Assembly: GCA_011109175.1 (NCBI GenBank) | Contig: RDEW01000009.1 | Span: 1,316,013 to 1,380,012, forward strand | Origin: Dicyema japonicum | Lineage: Eukaryota > Animalia > Dicyemida | Direction: 5' to 3' | Length of the DNA stretch: 64,000 nt | Part shown: one piece after another, positions 36,057 through 49,262 of the stretch | Layout of the letters: each line of letters starts with the position of its first letter | Position numbering within the stretch: the stretch's first letter is position 1 | Made by a program: the position numbers and the translations under genes | Notes under the pieces: model-generated | Told to the model about the DNA's origin: nothing | The model's input: the letters and a program-made list of their open reading frames with translations, nothing else | The model's database searches: none

Positions 36057-38092
36057 ATGTTACTATTAATTTTGTTAGTTCAATTTCAAAGCGTTATTTT
36101 AAAAAAAGTATAGATTTTTACAATAAAATAGAAAAAATATGATGGCGAAGTTAGCACTTCACTATTAAGGATGACGAAGCCAAAAAATTGCCAGGAAATC
36201 CTCAAACGAGCAGCTCGTCCTTATTATAACAACTATGGGATGCAACCAGTACTTGTGGAGGTCAAAGAGGGGGATGAAATAATACTTGGCTGTCACTACT
36301 GCGAGTACGAACTGACAAAAAATAGTAGGAAATTCGTATATTTGTAGTTCCTTGCCCACTTGGATTTCATCTTTACAAGAATCACTGCTATACAGTAGCA
36401 AACTCCGTCCCCTATGACAAAGCAGGGGAAGCATGCGTGATGTTTGACGCTGATCCTGTTGTTCCCTCAGAAGACACTTTCCCCTACACCCAAGCAGATA
36501 GGGACATCTCATTTTGGTCGAAATATACGTTTCGGGGAACATACGAGGACTGTAATAATTTTTATATAAAAAGATCCATGTTGTGTGTGGACAAACGGGA
36601 AGGAGACCTGCTACGATACATTTGAGGAGTGCTCACAGTTCAAGCACCACGTGTACTGCCAAAATGACGAAAAACCTCCATTATGTACATTTTGTGACCT
36701 ATTCTAGTGTGGCACAAGTTCCCAACGAATAACAAATATTACTATAGCGACGACCCCCAATCTTTTTGGGGTGATGTCGACTTTACTGGCGAAATTAGGA
36801 TGGAATACATGCCTCCAGACGTCTACCACATTGATGGTCGATCATAATCTAATTTTCAGAAGAGAAAAATTTGCATGTAAAATTAAAAAGTGACGTCCAC
36901 GAGGCATACTTTTGCTATCCAGGTCCTATCATTCCATACCTCGTTTTGGATACTTTTCCAAATCCAATAAAAGTGGACTACGAAGAGGACGAGTTCTATG
37001 GAGTGACCAACATGAATTTGTACAAGGCTCTGTACATGGTGAGCATCTTATCCGATAACAAAGAGGTTTTATATTTGTTTTATGATAGCCTGAGATAAAT
37101 TTGAATTCTACGTTAGAAAATGCTGAAAACTATATCCCTTTTGACTTTATGGTGGAAAGAACCATTTGGTCCCCTTGGAGTGCCTGTTCAACCTGTTATT
37201 TGTTCAGCAATCGAAGTCAATGTTACCAAAATTGTTATAACTTAGTTAATTATTCCAATTTCCCATTCTTTGAATCGCCCTATCTTGCCTTGAATGACAC
37301 TCACTGCGTAAGCTCAGAAAGCAACCACACTTATTTCTGTACTTTGAATAAATTCACAAATAGCCCCAAAAATCGAAAAGCCAGTAAAATATCGCGTGGG
37401 GCAGTGCTACTACGAAATTAGAAGAAAAAGCAGAGAACCGGGGAAGGAATTGATGGAAAATTTGATTGGAAAGAAAAAAATCCTCTGTAGGTCGTCCCTC
37501 CTCAACTTTTACTATGGAAAACAAATAAACTACAGAAACTACCTGTACTACGAATTTGAGGACTGCAAAGAAAAGATGTGCCGAGTATTTTCAAATTTAA
37601 GTATTTTTAGCCAAAAATAAAGCCAGTGAAGCTTGACATTTTGAATATGACTAAGAACATAACTAAATTACTCCGTTTCTTCCCACTTACAGCTACGCTG
37701 GTTGAGAAAAACGTGGGAGACGTCCTGTACCTTAAATGTCCCCACCAGGGACACAATGATAATGTCACGTGGAAGTTCAACAATATTCCTATAAACCCTG
37801 AAACCATAGCGATGGAGACAAATGGTTTATCTATGGCTAATTGTAGAGCACGTGGTCATTAATAATTTGCAAATGCTTGTCATTTATGAAATTACTTACA
37901 ACAACATCGGTATTTATTCATGTTCACTGAAAAATGGTACAAGCCACAGTTTCAGAATTCAGGTTAGTGTTATGATTATTTGAGGTGAACATTCACCACT
38001 TTACTACTGCATTGCGACAATCTTTGGTTGTTGTGCTTTTTTTAATTGGAATCTCAGTCGTCTTCGGATTTGAATTCTATTTTTCTAAGTAA
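36057..38092 (+). CDS. FAM187-like Ig-domain type I membrane protein with an inserted C-type lectin-like domain; many mini-introns; exact 5' exon structure uncertain
   Basis: Signal-peptide-like MLLLILLVQF; IILGCHYC...VWHKF...LHVK...AYFCY; WSPWSACSTC...RVGQCY...LCRS; LYLKCP...VTWKFN...IGIYSC; C-terminal TM LVVVLFLIGISVVFGF. Confidence 0.75.
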
Positions 38093-38569
38093 TTTTGTAA
38101 AATAAATAAATTATTAATTTATTTATTTTTTAATATATTTTGTTCATTCTATATGCCGGTGTTTATCAATAAAATATATTTATTATGGGCTCTCATTCTG
38201 GATCAATGGTTAATCCTTTACTCACGGAAGCTGCGTTGCGGATATATAACAACCTTTTCATGATAGCCATAATATTTATAGCTCCGCATAGGCAGGACAC
38301 AAACTTTATTCAATTAAAGAACAGTTAAATGTAACTAATCGTTAAACAAAGAAATGATCTTCACTTCTTTTTTTTCCTTTCTGGACTATCCAGTTCCGTA
38401 GTGAATATCCACTGATGACGGCGTCACTCGTCAAGCCTTTTTACCATCGTATATGCGTGGAATCTTCCATCTATATTTTACAAGTTTAAATTGAGAACAA
38501 ATAAAGTCAAATTTTAAGGTTAAAAATGTTTCCCCTAGCAATAACTAATTAGTATTTTTATTAAAAAAA

Positions 38570-38760
38570 ATTGTTAAAGGTTTACCAGATTCTCTATATT
38601 TGGGATTTTTTACTAAAAGCAACTCAATGTCCCCTTTTTCGCAGATACTCAAATTATTCCGCTTCTTACTTATATGGTTAAGTAGACTAAATCCTTTCTC
38701 AACAAAATATGATGCCGGAAAACATATAAGAAAACTACAACAACCCTGCCGCCAAGGAGT
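38570..38760 (-). mobile_element. hAT (Buster-type) transposase C-terminal remnant
   Basis: FLICFPASYFVEKGFS...KKRNNL...GDI. Confidence 0.65.
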
Positions 38761-39514
38761 AGAGTAATGTATCCATTAGTATACCTCAGCTGAGTCGAAC
38801 TTCGCACTTTACTAAAGAAACATTTCCTCGCAAATCGTCAGGGGAAACGCGTTCTCAATATGAGACAGCCAGGTAACGTTCTATTCCATTTGTGTTATTA
38901 TTAATTTATATAAAATTTTCTTTCATGTGAGTTTTAAGCGTCGTTTGTTCGTCGTTTGTTGCATAAAAATTGTTATTTTTAGTCACAACTATTTTTTCTA
39001 TTTTTCATAATCGCTAGACTCTTTTCAGAGGAGTTACAAGACAAGTGAGTTATTGATGATATTTACTCCCTGCATTACTTATTTCGGTCTTTCAACGTCG
39101 ATAGCAATTTTTGTTATACAGGAAACATGAGAGTAACAGAAAATATGAGAGATAATCACTCTTGGCTGCTTCCTTGCGGCTTGAACTATTTGAAAGTGTT
39201 CTATTCCTTTTTTCTTACTCCTCCATACTCAAATATAACAATCGGAGATTGAAGTTTTCTTTATTAAACTTTTCACCCTCCTATAGATGTCCTCCCACAA
39301 TGGACCCAGAAAGTCCTTCTCTTACTCGCTCAATACCCTATCCAGCTACTTCCAAAGGGCACTGTTAATCGCTGACTTTGAAGTTTTATGGAAGCTATAT
39401 GTTAAAGTCTTGAATGTGACCTCAAGCATTTTTATTTTTATTAAAAATACTAAACAAGAAAATATTAATTATTTTTTAATTTAAATTTGTAAATTTCAGG
39501 TGTTATTAATATCA

Positions 39515-40710
39515 ATGGACTTGATAAAAAACCTGAAAAGTATGAAAAACCGAAAAACCTTCAAAGGTGAGGGACACCGTCTTACAGATGAACCTAAAAA
39601 ACAGTCTAATAATCCAACCTCGGAAACTCACACAAATCCTACTGCCCCGGAATCAGCTCCTAACAAAATCGACTTCCTCTACAAGTAATTAATTACCTCA
39701 TCTCCCAGATGTCCTGCTGTTTGTGATGAATCCTACAGTTACGACTTGATTATAACTAAAATAAAGGACTTTGTTGCGGAGACCTACGAAAACGATATTT
39801 TTACTCAGCAAATAGTCGACACCTTTCTACAAATAAGGAATTGTTCTCTATTCCTTAGCACTCTCTCACAGATTCTCACCAATTTGATCAAAGATCCCGA
39901 TGATGAGAAGTTCAGAACCCTCAGAATGACCAACAAGCTGGTCCAACGAGGAATCGGAGATTTCCCCCACGGATTCTCAGTTCTCGAAACTGTCGGGTTC
40001 ATCTGCAACCAAGAGACTCAAATTCTCACTATTGAACCCCCACTGGATCTTACGAAAATATCTGAGTTCTTGGAGTCATTAAACCGTTCTGTCGACCTCT
40101 TCACCCCCAAATTGAACCCGGATATTACTGTTTACAAGCCATCCTTCAAATATTCAATCTCAGATGAAGTGGTAAATGTTACAACGAGTGACATAATGGC
40201 CATGCAAATTTCCCTACAGAAAAAAGTCGATAGGATGGAGACCTTGGTGTCCACAAAGTACTGGGAGAGAGATAAACCGTCGTACAGACACAGTCGACTC
40301 AGACTGATTATGCCCGATCCCTGCAGAAAAAAGTCGAAAGGATGGAGACCTTGGTGTCCACAAAGTACTGGGAGAGAGATAAACCGTCGTACAGACACAG
40401 TCGAATCAGACTGATTATGCCCGACGAATGGCGGATTGAGTGTTCTTTCGAGTCCTCAGTCTGTATGAGGGAGGTTTTCGAGTTTCTGGTTGAAAATATG
40501 AACGAGGAAGGTGGGAGGGACTTCTTTTTTATGGTGGGTAACCGAAGGATCGGCGATGAATCATTTGACAAGTCAATTTTGGAGATGGATGTGGGACAGA
40601 CTGTTTCTCTACGAGTTCGGTTTAGTTCGGAGCGATTGAAGAAGTTTGTGAGTGATTTTCAATATTTAAAGTCGTCTACTATTAGCAGATTTTTGAAAGC
40701 GTCAAATTAA
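39515..40710 (+). CDS. UBXN6: UBXN6/UBXD1-like PUB+UBX p97 adaptor; interrupted by a 107-bp tandem duplication
   Basis: FKGEGHRL N-terminal motif; PUB LTNLIKDPDDEKFRTLRMTN...LETVGF; UBX YRHSRIRLIMPD; one 24-nt intron near 39686. Confidence 0.85.
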
Positions 40711-41209
40711 TTATTTGTGACCTGTGTTGCTTAATATTTTGCTTTCATTTGTCTTTAATGGTTTGCTGAGTAGGTTTCGTGGCATTATTCAATTTATTAG
40801 GAAACCATAGGTGACGCCAACTTATAATAATTTCCGGACTCTCTTCACTTGGTTAAAAAATGGGTTTCTTAATTCTTTGCATAGCGGGGGAATAATATAA
40901 GAAATTCCTACCGGAATGCCATAAGTGGCACAAAATGTTGTAAACATGATTCTTGTAATATCAAGTCACGGATAGAGAGTAGTAAGTTAGATCCTTGAAT
41001 TAGAAGAGGTCAAATTTTGATTTTTATATTAATGATATAATGAAATTTTGGAGATCAATTTGGCGTTCAGGTTCTCATGTTAAAGTGAAATAAAAATTCA
41101 AATCTTTAAAAAACTGTTAAAGTGAAAATTTGAAGTTTAAATCACCATGTTTATCACGCGCGCAGGTTTCTAAATAGAGTTGTTGTTATTGTGCGGATTT
41201 GGTGAAAAC

Positions 41210-41510
41210 CGCGTGGCGCCATGTGGTGCTGCGTAGTTAATTGGTTGAAGTTTTCTGTTAGCTTGCTTCTTCTTCTCTCTTCCTATTAGAGTGGCGTCAT
41301 GTGATCCACCTGTCTAGGTGACGCCCAGTGCCAGGTCGGCACGAAAAAGGATCATTTGCTCTCCCCCACTCCACTGGAGGGGTTTCCACAACTGCAAGTA
41401 TTGGACGTCTTACCTTTTATGTTGATTCCTGATGGACTCTTTTCTGTAGTAGTGGAAACTGGATACACTTAATTAGTTGTTTACTTTAACTTCTTTCTCG
41501 GTGTATCCGA
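41210..41510 (+). mobile_element. SINE-like element (subfamily A) with HDV-like pseudoknot at 41293-41354
   Basis: GGCGTCA-tg-TGATCC-a-CCT-gtct-AGG-TGACGCC-ca-GTGCC-aggtc-GGCAC-gaaaaa-GGATCA. Confidence 0.85.
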
Positions 41511-41520
41511 AATCACGAGA

Positions 41521-41990
41521 AAGAGGATAAAAGTTATCGTCTAATTAAGTGATCCCGGTGTCCATACCAGTCCCTTTTCTGCGGTTAGTTTAGAGTCCTG
41601 GGTTAATATCCACAAAGGTTTCTTCTCATATCTCGGGCAGGCGTCCATATATAGTTTGATGTGCGGTCTGAGGGGATGTTAAAGGATCACTTAATTTAGG
41701 GAGTTTGAATGACCATGCTGTTTCCTCTGACAATATCTATCGAGATACGCTCTCGAAGCCATCCAGTCTCACGTTGGTGACCCTTTGGATCATTAAGCCG
41801 AGCATACGGACTAGATCTTCAGTTTGTGAGCCAAGGATTCCTGACGTCTCTAACAGCAAATGAGAGGAACAAGTGATCCTTAAAATGCTTCGGTACTTTT
41901 TTCTCTTTTGATCCTTGGCTTTCTTAGAAGCATGATCTGGGTCCGAGACTGAAGGGCCAATTTTTTCGGAGAGTATTTATCAACGCACGT
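41521..41990 (-). mobile_element. Copy of the 8805-9460 family, ending ...DTGIT*, tail-to-tail with the SINE
   Basis: Near-identical 3' end to 8830-8900; internal homology to 17430-17485. Confidence 0.55.
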
Positions 41991-42029
41991 AGCCGTCGAT
42001 TTATTGATGACAAGTTTAAATTCAATTTA

Positions 42030-42200
42030 TTTAAAAGGAACAACCAACTGATGGTCATACAGTAGGCGTCCTGAATGCGTGGACATTCTCTCTCAAAATG
42101 GAGAGCGAGGTTCGCTCAAATAGGCAGCATCGCTCAAGGAGATCTCTTGTGTGTGTAGGAATCCGATTCCCTAGACAACCCAGGAATTTCAGCAATGGAA
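42030..42200 (-). mobile_element. CRE-clade LINE 3' end
   Basis: FLGCLGNRIPTHTRDLLERCCLFERTSLSILRENVHAF. Confidence 0.7.
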
Positions 42201-43025
42201 AGTGATGACTTGAAAACAACTTATATTTTGTTAATAGCAAGAAAACCAACTTGAACAAGTCGCCAAGTTAGAAGAGTATACCTGTATATGAGAAAAGCGA
42301 ACTGCGCAGCTTAGGCTCTCCACAGGAGCTAGCCTGCTATGTGCGAAGTGCACTACGTTGCTTATGCTATAAAGTTGTAGAAGTTATAAGATATCGTGGT
42401 ACTTATGCATTAGCTGACAGCCAACCACTGTATCAAAAAATAAAAATAACATTATTTTTTTATGGAGATAAGAAAATAAAATGAAATAAATAATTAAATT
42501 ATTTACCTCGACTTCACTATTATGTAGGAAGCCGGAGGTTAACCAAAAACGAGCTAGGTCAATTGGTCACTTCCAGAGATCCACCATATCCGGTTTGGGT
42601 GGATCATGTCAGGAGAAAAGCGTCTCTAAGTCTCCGTAGTTTTTAAAAGGTTGATGTCCACAGAGTAGTCATGCAAAGGTCACTTTGATTCTAGGAGTTT
42701 GTTGTCCTTTAGCCTTCTGATTGCGTGAGTAGATACGAAGTTGTGTATTTTGTTTGTCCACGTCTGCCCGACTGTTGGTTGGTGGATCCTTTTAGAGTTC
42801 TCTGTAGGTCGAAGACAGTCCTTAGAAGATTCCTACGGTTTTCAGATTTAAGGAGCGAAGCAATCTGGTGGTCAGATTCTGAAGACTGCCGTAGAAACTG
42901 TAAGCTTTTCATCCCCAAATGAACGGCAACAAGGAGAATTCTAGTTTACCAGTCTAGATGGTTGGTGGGGTGGATCTTATGTATCTTGTATTGTTCGCAG
43001 AGCGGAGTTCTGGACGACTGTGAGC

Positions 43026-44758
43026 TTCTGTTTCCCAACCTGGGTTTCGCGAAATATTCTAGGGGTTCCGCAAAGTTCAAAAAATTATTTTATTTTTTCT
43101 TCAAAAGAATAATTTCTCGAAACAAAGTAATTTAATTCGCGCGTTTCTAAATGGAGTCTGGTGACAGTGCATATCTTAAAGTTCGATCGTATCGAGAAAG
43201 TTATATTGCCTTTGGTTACTCATGGACTGGGGACATGGATTGCTTTCTACTACTTTGTGTGAAAAACGTGTATTGCTATGGTTCGACCAAACTTAGACGT
43301 CATTTCGTCAGTAAACATCTTGAACTTTCAAAAAAAATATTTTATGCGGAAATTGTACCAGAATAAAGTTCAAGCATCCCGTTTTACAAAAAATCGAAAT
43401 AAACGAAAAACAATGCATGCTAGTTATGCTGTTGCTGAGATTGTCGCTAAAATATGAAATCACATACTCTCGCCAAAACTGTTATTTTAACTGCAAACAA
43501 AAAAGTAGTGAAGATAATGTTCGGAGAAATTGCTGCCGCTGAGCTCGACTTAATTCCTATTTCTAATAATTCTGTGAGCAGACATATCAAGGATATGTCT
43601 GATGATATTAAACCACTTTGGTTAAGCGAATAAAAAAATCTGTATTTTTTGCCCTTCAAATGGATGAAAGCTCAGATATGACCGAAAAAATAAACTCCTT
43701 GTTTTCGTTGGATATATGATCGATGAATTCATAGAAAAATTTCTTTGCTGCAATTTTTAAGTGTATGAACATGGTTTTAAAAATAATTAATTACATCAAA
43801 ATGAAGCCGTTGAAATTTCGACAGTTTTCAAAACTTTTTGAAAATGCAGACATTCAGTTTTGATTTTGCATACTGAAGTAAGATGACTCTCAAAGGAAAA
43901 CATGTTAATTCGTTTCTATGAGCTAAGGCACGAATTTTCGGTTTTTTATATACAAGACAAGTTGGATGACTTTATTGAAAATCTGAATGATGAATGTTGG
44001 TGTGGCAAATTAGCATACCTCGTCGATATTTTTCATGAACTATTTGTTCTCAATAGTAGCATGCAAGGAAGAAATGAAAATCTATTGAGTTGCGCGAACA
44101 AAATAGCTGATTTTATGAAAAAAACTACAAATATGGAAACGACATATCACGAATGGAAACTTGGTAATGTTCGCTCATTTGAAAGAACGAAATTTCAAAG
44201 AAATTGTTCCACAAATTTTGAGTCACTATTTACATGTACGAATAATTATTTTATACTAATATCAATTGAACTCTATGATAGGGTGAGGAATCCTATTTCT
44301 GAGTACGAAACTACTGAAACGAGCTATCATTAAAAAGGTAGAAGAATTTGCGTTTGTTTCAAGTAACAGAAAATGAAATATTTACAGCTTTATATTGATT
44401 TTTTAAGCTAATTAGCAAAAAAGTATATCCTATTCTGACAAACAAAGCTTTAAGGGTTTTGATAGTTTTCAACGACTTATCTCTGTGAAAGTGGATGTTC
44501 TGCATTAACAAATATAAAGCATAAAAACGCGCGAACCTACTGTATGTGGACTAAGACCTGCGTTTATTTCTGTCAAGGACAAGGGAAAATATTACAGAGC
44601 TATGCAATAGACATCTCTCACAACTATCTCACTAACTAGCATTTTATTTTTGTTATATTAGTAAAATACTGATAATTGTTAAAAACTATATAAGGGTTCC
44701 GTATAAAATAAAAAATGTCGATAGGGTTCCGTGCTCTCAAAAAGGTTGGGAACCACTG
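43026..44758 (+). mobile_element. Decayed hAT Buster/Charlie-type DNA transposon
   Basis: Right TIR ggttgggaaccactg, degenerate left TIR tttcccaacc; KLRRHF, FALQMDESSD, LHTEVR, KLAYLVDIF, TTYLCESG. Confidence 0.9.
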
Positions 44759-44764
44759 GTTTAG

Positions 44765-45250
44765 ACTGTGACAGGAGGAGGATGTCCAGCTAAAGAAGGC
44801 GTAATTGACCGTGGTCCTGACGAACTGTTTGTAGATATTCGTCAGGGATTCTTAAGATTGGCCGCGAAGGACACTGCGACTACATGGAGGACACTTAATG
44901 CATTTAATAAGCTAGCTGAAGTAGAGTTTTTTGTCAAAAGTAACAACCATTATATTGGGATGTTTAATTCCAAAGGAAGGAAACATCCAGTTGGAGTCCA
45001 TCCATTCACTCATAAGGTCATGGTTGCTGAAAATGTAGCGTCTGTGTCTTTGGGAGCAATGAAAATGTCATCGGCATACGTATGGAAAATTGAGTTTAAA
45101 CTATTCAGGATGCTAATCAGTGGAAGTTGAAAAGGATCGAAGAGAGAACATAACCCTGTGGAACCCCGTTTGGAAGATACCTGAACCATGAACTGCACGA
45201 GTGGAGGCACAATTGCCCGAGTAGGTACAACACGAGCCAACGCATTCAGA
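44765..45250 (-). mobile_element. I/Jockey-like LINE RT fragment
   Basis: FHTYADDIFI; LRIPDEYLQTVRQ resembles the post-RT region. Confidence 0.55.
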
Positions 45251-46270
45251 TGAATGGGATTTCTATTATTGGAAAACGCATAAATTAAATGTAAGAGTCA
45301 CCAGTTGATATTTCCCATGATACTATTAATTGTCCAAATTTTTTTTCAAACTTATGGAAGTGTTCTGGAACACTATTTTGGTAGAAAGAAGTTTTTTCAT
45401 GTTAATTTAAATGCTCGAAAAGGATAGAAACTTTAATGATGAAATTTTAAATATTATTTGATGCTTATTTCAGTAAATTTGATTTTTCGTGGATATTTAA
45501 TATATTTAATGTATAATTTTATTAAATAATTAATAATTAATTAATACAACCATTCAAAGTGGACCCCGCCGACATTATCGACGTTACGTTTCCTCTCTGC
45601 ATGTAAATTTGATTAATTTAAAAAATTAGCTACATGAAATTACTAAGGTCATACTACAATCATTTTTAGGTTATATTTGTGGTTGCCCTAGCTTTATTTC
45701 TCCAGGCCATCACAGGATATCCTCTTCAATGAAGCTTTCGATATACTTCTAGCGTTGAATGTGAGCAGTTTCAGAAGGGATGTATTCTCTTCATCCTCCT
45801 AAACATTTTCTCGACTGTTATCAAACCGAGAAACGAAACACATCATTTACCAAAAATATGGCTAAACCACCTCAACTTAACAAAAATAAGAATATTGTCA
45901 CACTCTGAATACGTAACCAGTCCTATAGAGAAGGCGAAATTTTAGAAATTGGGATCACTCGGTGAGCTGACGTTAAATAAATTATTTAAATACAAACAGT
46001 TTACAGTTACTACAATTACTTTCAGTCTCGGAATTAAAAATGCATTTCTCCTAACATCTGTAAGGAAATGCCTGAAGTGCTCTTCGAGCGAGAGATGGAT
46101 GCAAATTCCACTCTGACTACCAGTAGTTCTGAATCGCTAATCTCATGAGGTCTTAGTTCCAGTGTCTTTTTTTCTTCTATGGTAAACACACCGAGAAAGT
46201 GGTTTCGGAATTATTAAATAAATGAAGTGCTAATTAACCATTATAAGGAAAGTAAAATATTAAAACCTAA

Positions 46271-47459
46271 CTAAACATAGCTATTCTTCATCCCCCTCGT
46301 ACGAATAATAGACTCATTCATCCTCAAAGCCATATTAGGAGCACTAGAAGTATCATCCGAAAACAGTAGTCCAGCAATATCAGTCATGGATGCCTTATCC
46401 AACATTCTATTTCCATGAATGTCCTTCTTTATCACTGTAAAGGGCACATCAATGTTAAAATGATTCAACAACGCCTGAAGCTGTGTCGTCCGTCCACTAT
46501 CCACCACAGGCTGTCCGTACAACACACTCACGAAACCCACCAAAGTCTGAGCGTCACAATCCAGATTAATAGACTTTATATTGTGTTTGTTTAGCAAAAT
46601 CCGTAGAGGATCAGACCGCACAGCCAACACGTATTTATGCACGTGGACCGACGTAGAGTCCTGGCATTTCAATTCAAGGTCACAAAGTCGTCCATCTCTA
46701 CGTAAATCAGAAAATTTGGTAGCAAAATTGAACACCTTCTGTCGATAATTTGGTCCGTAAAGTGATGCTATAATAAAAACGTCAGATTACCCTTTCGGCG
46801 TCTGTCCGGCTCGGGTTGCAGTGGTTGGATGCTCAGTTGATCCTCGAGCATGTTTATTTGCACATTTTCCGGAAATCCGTGGTTGTGAGACTCAATCAGT
46901 GACTTCACCACCAAATACTGACGGCAACGAGTCAATCCCACGTCGATTCGGAAGGGGCATGTGATTCTATGAGATTAAACGGAAGAACCACCTATCGTAT
47001 AGTCTGAAATGATTGTCGGGACCACAGTGGGTGCCACAACCATATGTGAGGTTGTAGTATAGCAGAGAAGGGTTAGTCATGTTTCCTGAACGTTTGGTGA
47101 GAAGACGACGAATTTTCTTGGCGACAACTGGAAGAAGGCGGATCCTCATGGATTGTTGGAGTTGAATCAGCTTGTGGGCGAGTTCGTCGAATGAAACAAA
47201 TTCATCCCCCTCGCTGATTATTCGTTCTCCTGTATAGTCGGGGACAATCACGTTCTCACATTCACTGACATGGGGAGGGTAGTTGTGGAGTTGCTCATTT
47301 ACGCATTCGTCGCTTGGACAGCCAAGATCGCTGTCCTCAGAGAGAATAACGTCAAGACAAGTGGTCATGGATGATTCTTCCTTAAGCCCTAACACATTCT
47401 TCTTCAGCTGGTCGTATGATGTGAATAATGCCTTGGATTTAGTTAATATAATTTACCAT
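46271..47459 (-). CDS. Protein with FAR1/ZSWIM3-N (WRKY-GCM1-like) domain followed by a BTB/POZ domain
   Basis: GDEFVSFDEL...YYNLTYGC...CPFRI...LVVKSLIESHNH, then DGRLCDLELKCQDSTSVHVHKYVLAVRSD; three GT-AG mini-introns; 3' end uncertain. Confidence 0.75.
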
Positions 47460-49262
47460 TTATTATCCAACAAGAAACAACGAATGAAAAATTAATTTAA
47501 ATTACAAAAAAATAATTTTATAAATCAAATAATAATTTTATTTGAATAATTAATTAACGATCCTTGTTTATTTTAAATGAAAAATCCTTTTTCTTTAAGA
47601 TTTCATTATAATTTTTATTTTTGTTTTCAATTAACACACATTGCAACCTATATCAGAATGCATCCGAAGCTTGCTCTGCCGCTGAGAAGGCCGAGAGATC
47701 AAAACCAGTAAAATAGGCAGTCCTATCCGATGATTGTTTAGTTTGTTCCGCTCGTGGTTGAAAACTTTTAATACAAACTCCAATAAATGCGGTAATAAAG
47801 GAAATTAATTTTCTTATCAAAACTTAATTTTTTATTCAAAGTAAAAGAGAGCTTGAAAAGGTAAGAAAACGACACTATACCCTCTCTATCTTCTGTAGAC
47901 ACAACGTTCAACTTGGTACTAGATGGTTCCTCGCACGTTTCGTTTGTCCCCTTCCTCCTTATAGAGCTCCTTGAAAATGTCCTTTTTTCATAAAGTCATA
48001 GATACGTCTATATATTTTTCTGCAAGCAATATTTATTTCCTCCCGTGTTGAAAAATTTTTGGTCCACCACACAAACTCTTAGATAGAAAATCCCTTCCAG
48101 TCAACACCAGATATGTCGAATCTAAAAAAACATCTTCAACGATATCCGGCTTTAAGTTTACAGTCTTCCTATGCTTCGTTTAATTCAGGATATCGATTTT
48201 GGAGGTCGTGGCAAAGAGTACTAGTTCATCATGCCTTTTCCTTAAGGAATGGATATTCAGCAGCACTTTTTAAACTTCTGGATAGCAAATTTTCTGGTAG
48301 TATAATCCCCCACAACCAGGTCTATCACTTTCTTTAAATCCACCTTCGCTATTGTACATAACATCTCAGCCGTGATATTTGGTTTTGTCGGACAAAATCT
48401 TCCTCGTCCTCGATTGTTGGACGCTGATGACGAGGTCTTCGATGGAACATAACTTTCCACGGAATTTTTAGAAATAGAATTTGCATTATTTAGTAAATTA
48501 AGTTCAGCTGATTTATAAACTGGACACCCTGCGTACCCTGCATGATTGGTTGAACCAAAGTTAAGCAGTCCATATTAGACCACGGTAAACCGTCACATCT
48601 GACAGTTCCAAGCACAAAGACATCGTTAAAGTCAGCTATACGTACGTATAGATGGGAATTATAGAACCTTGATGGGCCTCTTCTCATCTATTCACGTGTG
48701 ATTCACAGACAATCTTGAAACAAAACTGACAACCGACGACGCCTCTCAATCAACGGTTTTACAATAGGGACCCTCAAATAAGTCTTCGGGATCCCCGTGT
48801 TGACATTGGAATTCCCAGCGTTTACTTTGACTTCTTCAAAATTTCTACCTGGCCCGCTTAAAAGGTCCATGAGTTGCATTAGAGCTTTTGGTGTCTGACT
48901 TTTGTTTCACTTTTTAGCGGTTTTTCAGCTCAGTTTTTTTCGCAGCTTGACATAAGGCTTTTACGTTACGTTTTTTCTAATGTAGTCCGAATCGGCTCTA
49001 ACATACCTAGTAAGATAAACACAGGGGGTAAATAAATAATTCATTGATGCAATTTCTGATTCTGGTGGCCCCTACAAGAATGTAGGCAAAAACTCATGAA
49101 ATAGCTCTTCCACGCCTTGGTCTTTAGGATACTTAAAATCCGGCCTCATTATGAGTTTTAAGATGAAAAAAGTATATTTACCGTTCTCTCAATGTTAATG
49201 ATTAGGCAAACCAGTAAAAAAACACATTAAGTTCTTTTATTATAAAATACCAGAGAAACAGA

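Noticed and set aside
47900-49000. Coding-like segments between the BTB gene and TRAPPC11 (also 26400-27000 and 34400-35860)
   Set aside because: No recognisable motifs or consistent exon structure; left unannotated.
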